This document shows, in pieces, positions 46,036 to 55,531 of a stretch of DNA of 55,786 nucleotides. The notes beneath the pieces are model-generated. The model searched no databases. It was not told the origin of the DNA and saw nothing but the letters and a program-made list of their open reading frames with translations. This stretch comes from an uncultured virus (IMG/VR IMGVR_UViG_3300011008_000014) (Duplodnaviria > Heunggongvirae > Uroviricota > Caudoviricetes): the IMG/VR virus record IMGVR_UViG_3300011008_000014; one strand, 5' to 3'. Both the position numbers and the translations under genes were made by a program. How positions within the stretch are numbered: the first letter of the stretch is position 1; each line of letters begins with the position of its first letter.

Positions 46036-46864
46036 TGCTTATTCGTTTAAGTTCAAAATTATAGCTAATTCCGCAAAGCCTCAAGAGGTGCTGGAGTTCG
46101 TGAACATATTCGATGACAAGCCCTGTGATGTTTTGGTGTCGAAACGTCAGTGTGACATACCATCCGTATGGATGTCTTGCCAACTTTAACAGCCAGTAGT
46201 TATCGCCCAAAAACCAAATAGCATTTTTGGCAAACAGTGGCGATTCATCATTGACAAAACCAATCTGCTTCATGGTATCTGCATCCAACTTGATAGGCTC
46301 ACCGCAATCCTCCTCGCCGTTTTCCAGCATAAAGCCGTCATTCACCCTGCACTGGTAACGGTTTGTCAGCCATTTCAGAAGTGAAGATGTGATGAAGTGG
46401 TAGTTCCCAATAGGCTGCTGCCTCTTAAACTCCCCATTTCTACAATGGCTACACTGGATTTCGCGTTTGGTTGGCACACTGCCTTTGATTTCACCTCCTT
46501 CCAGTGCTTCAAGAATCGCTTCCTTGGCTTTTGACGGCATGAACAGGCGGGCAATAAGTGTTGCAACACGCAGGCTGCAATATGACGGGTTTTTGATTTC
46601 CACGATGGCATCCCTTGCGTCGTTATTGCTAATACGCACCCTTGAATAGATGATGTTGTCAATAGTCTTTTCAATCATTTTCTGCTCTTCTTCATAGTCA
46701 CGAAGATAAGCATCAACACTATTTTCTTCCGCATCTTTTGGCTCTTCGCCATCGTACACCCGCGTATGTGTGACCCAATAAAACCACTCATCGGCCTTTT
46801 TTGTGTCTGCTCCAGCGGCAATAGCTGCCTTTGCCAGTTCCAATCTAATCTCTTGCTCTGTCAT
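46022..46864 (-). CDS. Hypothetical protein with C-terminal YopX-like domain
   Basis: EPIKL......IGF...YVHELQHLLRLCG. Confidence 0.7.
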   Translation of the reverse strand: MTEQEIRLELAKAAIAAGADTKKADEWFYWVTHTRVYDGEEPKDAEENSVDAYLRDYEEEQKMIEKTIDNIIYSRVRISNNDARDAIVEIKNPSYCSLRVATLIARLFMPSKAKEAILEALEGGEIKGSVPTKREIQCSHCRNGEFKRQQPIGNYHFITSSLLKWLTNRYQCRVNDGFMLENGEEDCGEPIKLDADTMKQIGFVNDESPLFAKNAIWFLGDNYWLLKLARHPYGWYVTLTFRHQNITGLVIEYVHELQHLLRLCGISYNFELKRISNDDK

Positions 46865-47253
46865 TCTATATCAGCATTTAGTTTGTCCTTTGCATATCCC
46901 TTTACCATTATGGCGGTAGATTCGCTGACCCAAGCCATCTTGATAGCCCATTCAATCTCGCGTACTTCAACAGCGGCTTCATCCATGACCCTGTAGGCTG
47001 TTGTAGAGTCGTTGTTCTGCATGTAGAACGATTCAAGGCAATTCCACCATCCCTCGTTAAAGCGTGACTTGAATGTTCGTTTCTCCAACCTGTTAGCCCA
47101 TTCCACGCCTGCCTCAAAAGACTGGCGCATCTGTGAATACGTGAAGCCGTTATGCCCTTCTTCAAGTGGCACGTTAAACACATATATCTGCGCTGCCTGT
47201 TTTGGCTTGAATACCTTATGCAGATTCTCCAGTTTTCTTTCTTCGTTATTCAT
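46861..47253 (-). CDS. Hypothetical phage protein
   Basis: ATG 47253 (MNNEER); FEAGVEW and F.EGWWNC motifs. Confidence 0.65.
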   Translation of the reverse strand: MNNEERKLENLHKVFKPKQAAQIYVFNVPLEEGHNGFTYSQMRQSFEAGVEWANRLEKRTFKSRFNEGWWNCLESFYMQNNDSTTAYRVMDEAAVEVREIEWAIKMAWVSESTAIMVKGYAKDKLNADIE

Positions 47254-47504
47254 TGCTTTATCTGTTTCAACAAGTTTTTTATTCCGCGTCCATCTTTCAC
47301 TGATTTGCCAGTGAACCAACCAGTATAGGGATAGACCATAACGCGCTCGCCTTTGAAGATGATGCTGATGGCATTATTCGTTTCCATCGTGACCTTGTGG
47401 CCGAGGCCAGTAAGCTGCTTGATGGCAAAATCCATTCGGCTACCTTCTTTGTTTGCCCTGCGTTCTTTCCGCAGTTCTTTCAGCATGTCGCAGTCAGTAC
47501 TCAT
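47250..47504 (-). CDS. Hypothetical phage protein
   Basis: YPYTGWFTGKSVKDGRGIKNLLKQ motif. Confidence 0.7.
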   Translation of the reverse strand: MSTDCDMLKELRKERRANKEGSRMDFAIKQLTGLGHKVTMETNNAISIIFKGERVMVYPYTGWFTGKSVKDGRGIKNLLKQIKQ

Positions 47505-47505
47505 G

Positions 47506-47712
47506 TCACCCGATTTTTACGCTTCGACTGCCAGCGGCCAGCGTTTTAAGGCAATCGCCCATCTGCTGCATCTCCTTTTCATCTTCAAATGCCAGCGCAA
47601 ACGGCTGACGGCCATTGATGACAACATGCGCCATCACCTTTCCATCTTGATAGTCCTTTGTTATCTGTACCATATTGTTATTGAATTTGAGTGTCAATGT
47701 TTGGCAGGCCAT
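47506..47712 (-). CDS. Hypothetical phage protein
   Basis: Packed ORF. Confidence 0.6.
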   Translation of the reverse strand: MACQTLTLKFNNNMVQITKDYQDGKVMAHVVINGRQPFALAFEDEKEMQQMGDCLKTLAAGSRSVKIG

Positions 47713-48067
47713 AATATCTGCGCTGGTGCAGGTCGATACGCCATGAATCGCCCTGTTTGGTAAATGTCAGCACAGAATCAGTGTTATTGTTGTGAGTTGC
47801 TATCTCGGCAAACGTGAATCCATCGCCCCAGCGGTTGAGCATGTTCCACACCTTCATTTGGTACTGGTTATCGCACACCTTTCTTATATACGAGTCGATG
47901 GTCGAGTCATTCTTTAGGCCGACAAATAAGAATCTGTCACCGTACAGGCGCATTATTTCGTTTTTGAGCCTGTCATCAGATAGTTCTACGGCAATTTGCC
48001 TGTGATGTCTTGTTTCTGCCTTATACATTATTATATGTGCCTGTTTGCGCAGTTGGCTCGTCTGCAT
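47678..48067 (-). CDS. Hypothetical phage protein
   Basis: First ORF after the leftward promoter; start uncertain. Confidence 0.6.
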   Translation of the reverse strand: MQTSQLRKQAHIIMYKAETRHHRQIAVELSDDRLKNEIMRLYGDRFLFVGLKNDSTIDSYIRKVCDNQYQMKVWNMLNRWGDGFTFAEIATHNNNTDSVLTFTKQGDSWRIDLHQRRYYGLPNIDTQIQ

Positions 48068-48097
48068 CTAAATGTTTTTATTTGTTGTATTCGGGTG

Positions 48098-48234
48098 CAA
48101 AGATAAAGCAAATAAATTTAATATCAAAATATTTTGCGAACAAAATTAAATTCATTATATTTATTTAGCAAAGGTTAATTTTGTGTTAAAAACAAAAATA
48201 ATGATACGACTTTCAAAAATTCTTTGTATCTTTG
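48098..48234. promoter_or_regulatory. Divergent Bacteroidetes promoters (leftward -7 at 48098-48105; rightward -7 TATCTTTG at 48227-48234)
   Basis: Two TATCTTTG elements facing outward in an AT-rich gap. Confidence 0.75.
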
Positions 48235-48299
48235 CATCAGAATTAGAAACAACAACATTTAGAGCAGCCGCCGACTGTTGAAACACTGGCAAAAGAGAT

Positions 48300-48560
48300 A
48301 TGGCAAAGAAAACATTCATTCAGAAGGTTATGCAGTGGCAGGATATGACCGCCGACAACTTGCACACGGAGGTTTTGGTTGATGTCGCAAAGTATTTCGG
48401 GCTGAAAGACTTCAAGGCATATTTCAGCAGCTTACTGGATAAAGACTATCTAACTTTGGATGATTGCAACAAGCGATATGACATGCGGAACGCCATGATG
48501 ACGGTCATCAAGACCTGTCACGGCGACAGCACTTACAATAAAGTTATCAAGTGTTTCTAA
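48300..48560 (+). CDS. Hypothetical phage protein
   Basis: First ORF after promoter and conserved leader. Confidence 0.7.
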   Translation: MAKKTFIQKVMQWQDMTADNLHTEVLVDVAKYFGLKDFKAYFSSLLDKDYLTLDDCNKRYDMRNAMMTVIKTCHGDSTYNKVIKCF

Positions 48561-48562
48561 AT

Positions 48563-48982
48563 ATGAATAAGCCAGCAGTAAAATCGACAACGGATGTAGC
48601 GGCCATGCTTCACAAACTTGGCCTCCAGCCGAACAAATGGAATCACATTGCCATTCGCTTCGGATTGCGCGACACGTTCAGAGTCTATGTGAACGAGCCG
48701 ATGAAGGGCAGCATCGTGATAGAACTGGTTCGGGTGTGCGGCCTGTATGAGCAGCAGCACGAAAAGCAGATTGGCACTTATTCGACGCTGACAACAGATG
48801 AAAAGCGGTTGTTGGTCAGCCTACTGGAACGCGGGAAGTACGAAATGGTGGATGACGAAGCGGAGCAGTTCATCTACAGGTTGCGTAACTTTTCTTTCAT
48901 ACATGAGGCTCCGCTGGTAATGAGAATTTTCAACAGCAGAATCAATGAGGACGATACACGTTACATTCAAGACAGATGGTAA
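48563..48982 (+). CDS. Hypothetical phage protein
   Basis: ATG 48563 (MNKPAV). Confidence 0.6.
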   Translation: MNKPAVKSTTDVAAMLHKLGLQPNKWNHIAIRFGLRDTFRVYVNEPMKGSIVIELVRVCGLYEQQHEKQIGTYSTLTTDEKRLLVSLLERGKYEMVDDEAEQFIYRLRNFSFIHEAPLVMRIFNSRINEDDTRYIQDRW

Positions 48983-49247
48983 GACCATCAGCCGCACGGC
49001 CATTCTGACAGATGACCTTTCGGAACTGAGCAAAAGCAAGAAGAATCAGTGCGGGGATATTATCGACGATACCACGGATGATGGCTACTGGTCGCTGATA
49101 TTCTTTGAAAGCGACACCTTGCAGTATGAGGTGGAACTGGAATACGACAAAGAAGAATGGCGTAAGACCCTCAAGCCGATTAAGTGCTTGGTATGGGATA
49201 ACGACGTGATAAGTGACGAAGTAAAGGTAACGATAAAAGTATCATAG
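48945..49247 (+). CDS. Hypothetical acidic protein
   Basis: Packed ORF. Confidence 0.6.
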   Translation: MRTIHVTFKTDGKTISRTAILTDDLSELSKSKKNQCGDIIDDTTDDGYWSLIFFESDTLQYEVELEYDKEEWRKTLKPIKCLVWDNDVISDEVKVTIKVS

Positions 49248-49249
49248 AT

Positions 49250-49771
49250 ATGAAGGATGAAACAAAGCTGCGGAAATTGGGGCAACGTGCATCTAACGCA
49301 TTGGCGAAATACCTGCAAGAATGCAAGGCCATGACAGAACTTGTCAGACCTTACATCGAATGGGATGCTGGCGCAAGGTGCGAGTTTGACGGTCGGCTGA
49401 ATGATTTAGTCGTGGTGGCCTCGGTAAGCGGAAGGGCTCACAGATGCCCGATAGATGTATTTGCACAGGTGATGCGCGTACAGGCTGGCGAAAAGATAAC
49501 AGCTTCGGATTTCGTGGATGCCTGCAAGTGGCAAAAGGGATTTCGGAAGCAGACATTGAGATTACCAAAAGCATATAATATGAAGTATCTTGAATTTGAT
49601 GACTACGGCAGGGCGTATGTCAGCGAGGAGGAGTTCATGGCCTACTTGCAACAGACAGCCCAAGATGATGACTACACCAAGGAGAAAGACGGTGTTGTGT
49701 ACTATTTCAATGGTGGCGGCTGCAAGCTGGCTGAATACCATCGTAACGAAGGATATGGTGAAACATTCTAA
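49250..49771 (+). CDS. Hypothetical phage protein (possible internal start at 49580)
   Basis: Packed ORF. Confidence 0.6.
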   Translation: MKDETKLRKLGQRASNALAKYLQECKAMTELVRPYIEWDAGARCEFDGRLNDLVVVASVSGRAHRCPIDVFAQVMRVQAGEKITASDFVDACKWQKGFRKQTLRLPKAYNMKYLEFDDYGRAYVSEEEFMAYLQQTAQDDDYTKEKDGVVYYFNGGGCKLAEYHRNEGYGETF

Positions 49772-49787
49772 ATTAAACAGTGATAAG

Positions 49788-50039
49788 ATGAAAGACAAGA
49801 AGTTTATGCTCTTCACGATAGAGCACGATTTGAAAAGCATGTCACGCTACTGCGAACATGATGAGCGGTACGAAATGCGGTTTGAAAGAAAAGACGGCGA
49901 AAAGGTCGAGTTCATTTCATCAAGAACGGAAGTTGCTGCAAAGTACGGTGACGAAAGCAAAGAAGCCAGTGTTGGCCATTTTGAGGATATGGCGATGGAC
50001 TGGTATGCAGAAAAGTACAAAAACGAAGATAAAGAATAA
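49788..50039 (+). CDS. Hypothetical phage protein
   Basis: ATG 49788 (MKDKKF). Confidence 0.6.
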   Translation: MKDKKFMLFTIEHDLKSMSRYCEHDERYEMRFERKDGEKVEFISSRTEVAAKYGDESKEASVGHFEDMAMDWYAEKYKNEDKE

Positions 50040-50048
50040 TTCTTGATT

Positions 50049-50213
50049 ATGGAAGATAGAAAACTGATTATCGAGACCCTTGAAAGAAAGGTCGAAAAGC
50101 TGACGGCTGAAAAGGATGAAGCCGTTAAGCTGGGGTTATATGACAATGCCGCAAAGTGTCAGCATAAGATTGAAGCGTACAATGATGCTTTGGTGTGCGT
50201 CAAGACCCTTTAA
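50049..50213 (+). CDS. Small helical-hairpin (UVR-like) protein, 54 aa, not in ORF track
   Basis: LE.KVEKL..EKDEAVK...YD.AAK.Q.KI. Confidence 0.5.
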   Translation: MEDRKLIIETLERKVEKLTAEKDEAVKLGLYDNAAKCQHKIEAYNDALVCVKTL

Positions 50214-50246
50214 TGATTAAATACAAAACCATTTAGAAGAAAGAGT

Positions 50247-52154
50247 ATGAACAACGGAATCATCAAGAAATCGGATTTGCAGGTGGCCGTCAATGAAGAG
50301 TTGAAGGTTGGCAGCTATCTGTATGACCGTGACGGCCTATATAGGATAAAAGCCATTCGGGATGACGGCAGAATCATTACTGATGAAGTGAATCCCGAAA
50401 CGCTGGAGGTGATTGAGGGCAGTTGGCGCAACAACGCATCACATGACGCAAAATCACTGACAGAGCATTATAAGGTGCTTGGCACTGATGCCAGTGCCAT
50501 CAAGTCACTTGCTGAACGTCTGATAAACGGAGAGACCATTGAAGATTTTGCGGAAAGTAGTGATACGGCTTTGATGTCGCTTGGCAGCAAAGAGACACTG
50601 ATGATTCTGCGCGAAAATATCAGCAGGGCTTCATTGGTTGCAGAACATACCCGACGATATGCAGAACTGATGATAAAACAGAAGACTGCGGAACTGGAGG
50701 CAAGGCTGCGACCTATGAAAACCATGATAGAAAAGATGGGGCGTGAAGTCAAAAGACTGGATTACGTCATTCAGACCATCGAGACCTATGCGGGCATCAA
50801 GGAAAGCGTGGTACAGTTACATGCTGGAGAACCTGCACCCGAAACCACACCGATAGTATTCAGACAGGCCGTTATCTTCATGGATGAGGAACTGGCATTG
50901 ATTGATGATGATTTCGACTGGCAGAAGGTTGAAAAATTCGACGAATGGCTGTTGGAGAAAAGCCGCTATAAGGATTTCATGCCCGATGAGAAGTCTATGG
51001 TGGCAGTCAAGCCAAGACGGACGGATAAGGCGTACACAAGCGGGAAAACGGCGAGTGACCGCATGTATAACTGGATGATGAACCAGCCGAACCATCAAAC
51101 GGTATTCTTGATTCGGAACGGCGAAAACCTGTATAAGATAGAGTCGGAGCATATTTTTCTGCTGGATAGGATGTACCCGAACATGGATGAATACAAGGCC
51201 ATCATGGAAAAGGAGCAGAAAGATGTCTTTTATGAAAGCAGAAAGGAGAAAGACGAATTGGAGTCAGAAAATTTTCGCAAGCGTTTTACGCAGGTGGCTT
51301 TTCTGATGCAGGGCTTGATAGACCGTTCAGATGTCTTTGCACCGCACAATGTCACAGGCAGTGTCATCAAGATGGAAGGGTTTACGGATAAGCAGATTCA
51401 GCTTCGATACGAACTGGATATGTCACATGCCCTTGGTGACGGTAGGCCGTCTGTTAAGGATTGGTTCATCGAAATGAACGGAAAGCTGTGCGAGGGTAAA
51501 CGCATCATATTAGTGCGTCAAAAATACGGCATGGGATATGGCTATAGTTTTGACCGTGAGCATGATTTTGTGAAATGGTACAGAAGCGAATATTCAGCCC
51601 CCGAACTGCCTAACGATGGTATCTACACGCTGGAAGCATTGACGGAAGAAAAGGCAAACGGGTACTATAGAGAATATGACTTTGCCATTAAGTACATGCC
51701 TAATGATGAAGTGCGTGGATATTGGGAAGATACACCACGGAAGCAGCGTGTCACCATTCGCATACAGGTCAAGCCGCGATATAGTGAATACGAAAAGGGT
51801 ATCTTGAACTATGACGATGTTAGGATTGAAGATGTTGAGTACTACCTCAATTCACGTCTGCACAGGTCACAGTATTATCGTTTCGTGCGCATATTGAAGG
51901 ATTTCAAGACCCTTTATCTGAAAGAACTGGAGGCCGAAAACGAATATATAAAGATGTTTGTCGGTCAGATAATGGCCAAGGGCTTGCAGACAAAGGACGG
52001 CATAACGCCCGAATCTGTTGTAAGGGTTGCGATTGATACGATAAAGAACCGCTTAAAGTGGAAGCGGCCTATCACTGCCAAGGAGAAAGAGACCTATACA
52101 CTGGTGGAGCGCACATTGTTTTCACAGGCATTCAGAACTAAATATTTCAAGTGA
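50247..52154 (+). CDS. Large hypothetical protein (635 aa) with coiled coil
   Basis: Long ORF with leader motif upstream; no recognised catalytic motif. Confidence 0.85.
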   Translation: MNNGIIKKSDLQVAVNEELKVGSYLYDRDGLYRIKAIRDDGRIITDEVNPETLEVIEGSWRNNASHDAKSLTEHYKVLGTDASAIKSLAERLINGETIEDFAESSDTALMSLGSKETLMILRENISRASLVAEHTRRYAELMIKQKTAELEARLRPMKTMIEKMGREVKRLDYVIQTIETYAGIKESVVQLHAGEPAPETTPIVFRQAVIFMDEELALIDDDFDWQKVEKFDEWLLEKSRYKDFMPDEKSMVAVKPRRTDKAYTSGKTASDRMYNWMMNQPNHQTVFLIRNGENLYKIESEHIFLLDRMYPNMDEYKAIMEKEQKDVFYESRKEKDELESENFRKRFTQVAFLMQGLIDRSDVFAPHNVTGSVIKMEGFTDKQIQLRYELDMSHALGDGRPSVKDWFIEMNGKLCEGKRIILVRQKYGMGYGYSFDREHDFVKWYRSEYSAPELPNDGIYTLEALTEEKANGYYREYDFAIKYMPNDEVRGYWEDTPRKQRVTIRIQVKPRYSEYEKGILNYDDVRIEDVEYYLNSRLHRSQYYRFVRILKDFKTLYLKELEAENEYIKMFVGQIMAKGLQTKDGITPESVVRVAIDTIKNRLKWKRPITAKEKETYTLVERTLFSQAFRTKYFK

Positions 52155-52155
52155 T

Positions 52156-52479
52156 ATGGATATTATAAGTTACGCTACATTCAAAAAGCGTGTAAAGCCT
52201 ACTATCTATGAAGTTCGTGATGGCGGTGGCAAAGGCTGGTGCTGTGAAACGGTGCAGCCAACAATGCACAATGCTGGATGGAACGATTGCATCCAAGAAT
52301 ATGACTATGGGCTGTTTGACCAAGAAAAACCGAAAGATATGGCCATTCGGCTGTTGAAAGAATCTTATGGTGAAAACTGGTTGCAGGGCAAAAGATTTGT
52401 CTATTACCCGTACTATTATCATGGCGATAATAACTATATGGATTGCTTATATGTTTATTGGAAGGAAATAGTTGATTGA
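52156..52479 (+). CDS. Hypothetical phage protein
   Basis: Packed ORF. Confidence 0.65.
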   Translation: MDIISYATFKKRVKPTIYEVRDGGGKGWCCETVQPTMHNAGWNDCIQEYDYGLFDQEKPKDMAIRLLKESYGENWLQGKRFVYYPYYYHGDNNYMDCLYVYWKEIVD

Positions 52480-52481
52480 TT

Positions 52482-52745
52482 ATGAAACGTGAGGATATAC
52501 TAAAGAAAGCAGAAGATATAATGCGTAAAGGCGAATTTGGCTCACTATCTGATTTTGAGGTCACTACGCATGTAGCTTTGGAAACCGCAGAATGGGTAGA
52601 AAAGGCCACGCTTGATAAAGTGTGTGAATACCTGCATAATAAACTATATACAAGAGCCAACGGTGCGGAGCATTATGTCGCATCAAAGGCAAAAATAACG
52701 CAGGAAGAATTTGTTGCCAAGCTGCGTAAAGCAATGGAGGAATAA
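52482..52745 (+). CDS. Hypothetical phage protein
   Basis: AEW......DK.CE.L...F....RKAMEE pattern. Confidence 0.65.
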   Translation: MKREDILKKAEDIMRKGEFGSLSDFEVTTHVALETAEWVEKATLDKVCEYLHNKLYTRANGAEHYVASKAKITQEEFVAKLRKAMEE

Positions 52746-52872
52746 GGTATGACGAAGAATGAGCGTGAAATACTGGCTGGCATTGTCGATGATGTAGAAA
52801 ACAGCGACGATAAGATTTGGCCGCTTGAAAGGCTGTTGTCAGAGGTAAAACGAATGATAAATTACAAATGAC

Positions 52873-53220
52873 ATGGGACTATATGAATTTGTTGAATATG
52901 AAAGGATAAAAGAGCCGCTTTGCTTGGAACTATTCAAGACGTGCATTGCCTATCAGCGTGAAGATAAATGGAAAGCATTTACTGGCATCAACTATAAAGA
53001 ACTTATGAAGAGGATGCACATTGGACGTGATAGGCTTCAACGGCTATTGAATTGTATCAAACGAAACTGGCTCTACTTCAAGATAGAACATGGTTATATA
53101 GTCGAGGTTCACAACATCGTGCAAACTATAGATTGGAGCAAGCGATTCATCTATGACGGAAAGCCATTCTATCACATCAAAATAAATATCTATTACAATA
53201 ATAATAAAAGAACGATATGA
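52873..53220 (+). CDS. Hypothetical protein, possible winged HTH
   Basis: YKELMKRMHIGRDRLQRLL HTH-like segment. Confidence 0.55.
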   Translation: MGLYEFVEYERIKEPLCLELFKTCIAYQREDKWKAFTGINYKELMKRMHIGRDRLQRLLNCIKRNWLYFKIEHGYIVEVHNIVQTIDWSKRFIYDGKPFYHIKINIYYNNNKRTI

Positions 53221-53543
53221 TTACGGAAAAGACATATAAGGCTTTGAAGGTGCTGGAGTCAACATCTGTAATAGATGTAATGACTGCCACCACCTTTGCA
53301 ATCAAATACTGGGGTAATGATGAAGATAAGCGTTACCTGTTTACTGCTGTCACTAACAATGGCAATGGTGCGTGTGCTGGCAAAAAGGGATGGCTTTGTG
53401 CTGGCTCTTTGCTTGGCAAGCTGGCAAAGAAGAAACTTGTGCGCTGGGAGTGCAGAAGGGATGGAAGCCACAGGGGATATTTTCTGACGAACATAGGCAG
53501 GCAAGCCGTTGAAGAATATGAAAGGAGTCACGGTGAAGGTTAA
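53217..53543 (+). CDS. Hypothetical protein, winged-helix-like
   Basis: LGKLAKKKLV...GYFLT..GR. Confidence 0.6.
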   Translation: MITEKTYKALKVLESTSVIDVMTATTFAIKYWGNDEDKRYLFTAVTNNGNGACAGKKGWLCAGSLLGKLAKKKLVRWECRRDGSHRGYFLTNIGRQAVEEYERSHGEG

Positions 53544-53952
53544 GGCACGGGAATTGGAACTGCCTTTGGATGCTGATGTCATTGACTTGGCTACGCTCAA
53601 GCCAGTGCCGCGTTTCAGCGTCGGCGATACGGTCTATATCCCATGTCTTTACGGGCTGGATGAAATCGAGAAGGTGACAGCCCGCAAGATAAAGAATATT
53701 ACCGTGACGAAATCCGACATAGACGGAAAGTATCACGTACATTATTATATCACTGGCCATAATGTGCCGTTCAGCTATGGTGCAGACCACTGGAACTACT
53801 GGATGATTTATGCCACACCACGGGAGGCGATGGAGCAGAATCTAAAGAAATTGAAAGCGTTTCTGCAAAAGAAGTCTTTTATGATACGCGATGAAGCGAT
53901 GAAGATAGGCTATTCGGAACGTGAGGCAAGAAACTTGCTACAGGTGAAATGA
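53518..53952 (+). CDS. Hypothetical phage protein
   Basis: PRFSVGDTVY motif. Confidence 0.6.
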   Translation: MKGVTVKVKARELELPLDADVIDLATLKPVPRFSVGDTVYIPCLYGLDEIEKVTARKIKNITVTKSDIDGKYHVHYYITGHNVPFSYGADHWNYWMIYATPREAMEQNLKKLKAFLQKKSFMIRDEAMKIGYSEREARNLLQVK

Positions 53953-53953
53953 A

Positions 53954-53980
53954 AAAGGACGGCCATTTGGTCGCCCTTTC
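53954..53980. terminator. Possible bidirectional terminator
   Basis: AAAGGACGGCCATTTGGTCGCCCTTTC between convergent genes. Confidence 0.5.
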
Positions 53981-54073
53981 TTGTTAAAGACCATGTTTGC
54001 CCCTTGTTAAAGACCATTTTCAAACAAAGCGAAACAATCAGAATTTCAAAGGATTACGCTTGTTAGTTCCTTG

Positions 54074-55342
54074 TTATTTGTTTGTTAAATACCGTTTCTT
54101 TTGTTCATCCAGCAGTCCAAACACATAATCCAGCACCTTTTTGTTTGCGGCATTGATGATGCTGAAATCCTTCTTGATATAGACATCATCTATTCGCGTC
54201 TCTGCGTCGATATGGTTCAAGCACTCATGAACGGTGTACTTGTCTATTCCGACGTTGTTACGGGCTATCGTTGCCCATGTGTGACGAAACTGGTAGAATT
54301 GCAGGGTGTCAATCAGCTTCACCCTGTCCTTTGGCTTCTTCTGCCTGTTTTCCAGCGAAATCTCTGCATTGATGGCATCCATAATACTTTTCAGCCCGAT
54401 GTTTATTGAACGGTTGAAGCTGTCGGCGGTCGCAAACCGTCTGTGGAAGCTGAAAGCATGGGTGCTATCCGCATATTTGGTGATAAGAGCCTTGATGCGA
54501 GCATCTGCCACCACTTCAATATGGGCATTGTCGGAACGTCGCCCCTCGGTTTTAGAGCGATTATAAGCCAGTACTCCACCTTTGAATGATGTCGCATGGT
54601 ATAAGTCCACGGAGTTCATTCCCATGAAGCAGAAAGACAATATGGCACAGTCGCGGGCAAGTGTCTCGCGCTTGCCAACAGGCTTGTATCGGAAAATACG
54701 GAGCAGAATATCCAATTCTATTGCCCGCCCACCTTTAAGCTGCTGGCGTGGGAAGTCGAAGTTTTCAATGGCCGTAGAAGGAATTACGATGTTGCCGTCT
54801 GAGTTATAGGCTTTCCGTGCAAGATTGTGTATGTGGCGTATCAGCCCAAGATAATGCGATTGCGCCCGTGGGTACTGGCTCATGTAGTCAGAATATCCTT
54901 TTAGAAACATGTAGTCAATATCCTTGAATGACAGTTTGCGCCGCCCAAGGTACTTTTCCACAGAGTTCAGCATCGTGGCATAGTTCTTTTTCTCTTTGCC
55001 CTTACCTTTGAGCCATTCTTCCGTGAACTGGAAGAAATCGTATTCATCATTCTTCGGCTTCGCTGACGTGATGCGCTGGTAGATGTAATCGGCATCCACC
55101 CGTGCGCCAGTCAGTTCCAAGTCAAGCTGATATATCCTGTTCTTATACTCCGTCACCAAGTCATCAATAAGATGTTGCTTATATGTCGATATGATTCTGC
55201 CCGTTTTGGGCGACACCTCCTTTGCTTCCACCGAGATAGTCGTTGGGATGCGCTTGCGGGTGCAGGCGTGTGAAAGGATGATGTAAAGTTTGCGGCTTCC
55301 GTCTTTTGCGGGATTGCCAAGTTCTACTTTTAATGTTGCCAT
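54074..55342 (-). CDS. Tyrosine integrase (Bacteroidetes type: arm-binding, SAM-like and catalytic domains)
   Basis: Start MATLKV at 55342; GMNSVDL, YNRSKT, FYQFRHTWATIARN, LNH, VYI motifs. Confidence 0.93.
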   Translation of the reverse strand: MATLKVELGNPAKDGSRKLYIILSHACTRKRIPTTISVEAKEVSPKTGRIISTYKQHLIDDLVTEYKNRIYQLDLELTGARVDADYIYQRITSAKPKNDEYDFFQFTEEWLKGKGKEKKNYATMLNSVEKYLGRRKLSFKDIDYMFLKGYSDYMSQYPRAQSHYLGLIRHIHNLARKAYNSDGNIVIPSTAIENFDFPRQQLKGGRAIELDILLRIFRYKPVGKRETLARDCAILSFCFMGMNSVDLYHATSFKGGVLAYNRSKTEGRRSDNAHIEVVADARIKALITKYADSTHAFSFHRRFATADSFNRSINIGLKSIMDAINAEISLENRQKKPKDRVKLIDTLQFYQFRHTWATIARNNVGIDKYTVHECLNHIDAETRIDDVYIKKDFSIINAANKKVLDYVFGLLDEQKKRYLTNK

Positions 55343-55347
55343 AATTC

Positions 55348-55411
55348 GTGCGGTTAAATTTGCGGTGAATTTGAGGTGAATCTTCCGAATTGAGGCAAAT
55401 TTGCGGTGAAT
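55348..55411. repeat. 11-bp direct repeats TTG(C/A)GG(TG/CA)AAT, putative integrase arm-type sites
   Basis: Copies at 55360, 55371, 55390, 55401 and a degenerate one at 55348, between integrase and tRNA. Confidence 0.65.
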
Positions 55412-55531
55412 TTTCAAACAAAAAAGCCTCAAAAATTGCATCTTTGTGTTCTTTGTTCGGCTATGGCGGAATTTCCCGTAACACCGATAAACACTGGCAA
55501 TTAGCAATTTTTGAGACCTTTCCAAACTTTG

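Larger units (their letters stand above)
1..55531. mobile_element. Temperate siphovirus-like prophage of a Bacteroidales host (left part outside window)
   Basis: Tail module (chaperone, tape measure, hub, fibres), lysis cassette, antirepressor, many small phage ORFs, and a tyrosine integrase abutting the tRNA-His 3' end; host greA begins beyond the tRNA. Confidence 0.95.

Noticed and set aside
1..55531. Stop-codon reassignment as in some gut phages
   Set aside because: Long genes are intact under the standard code, and TAA, TAG and TGA all end well-packed genes
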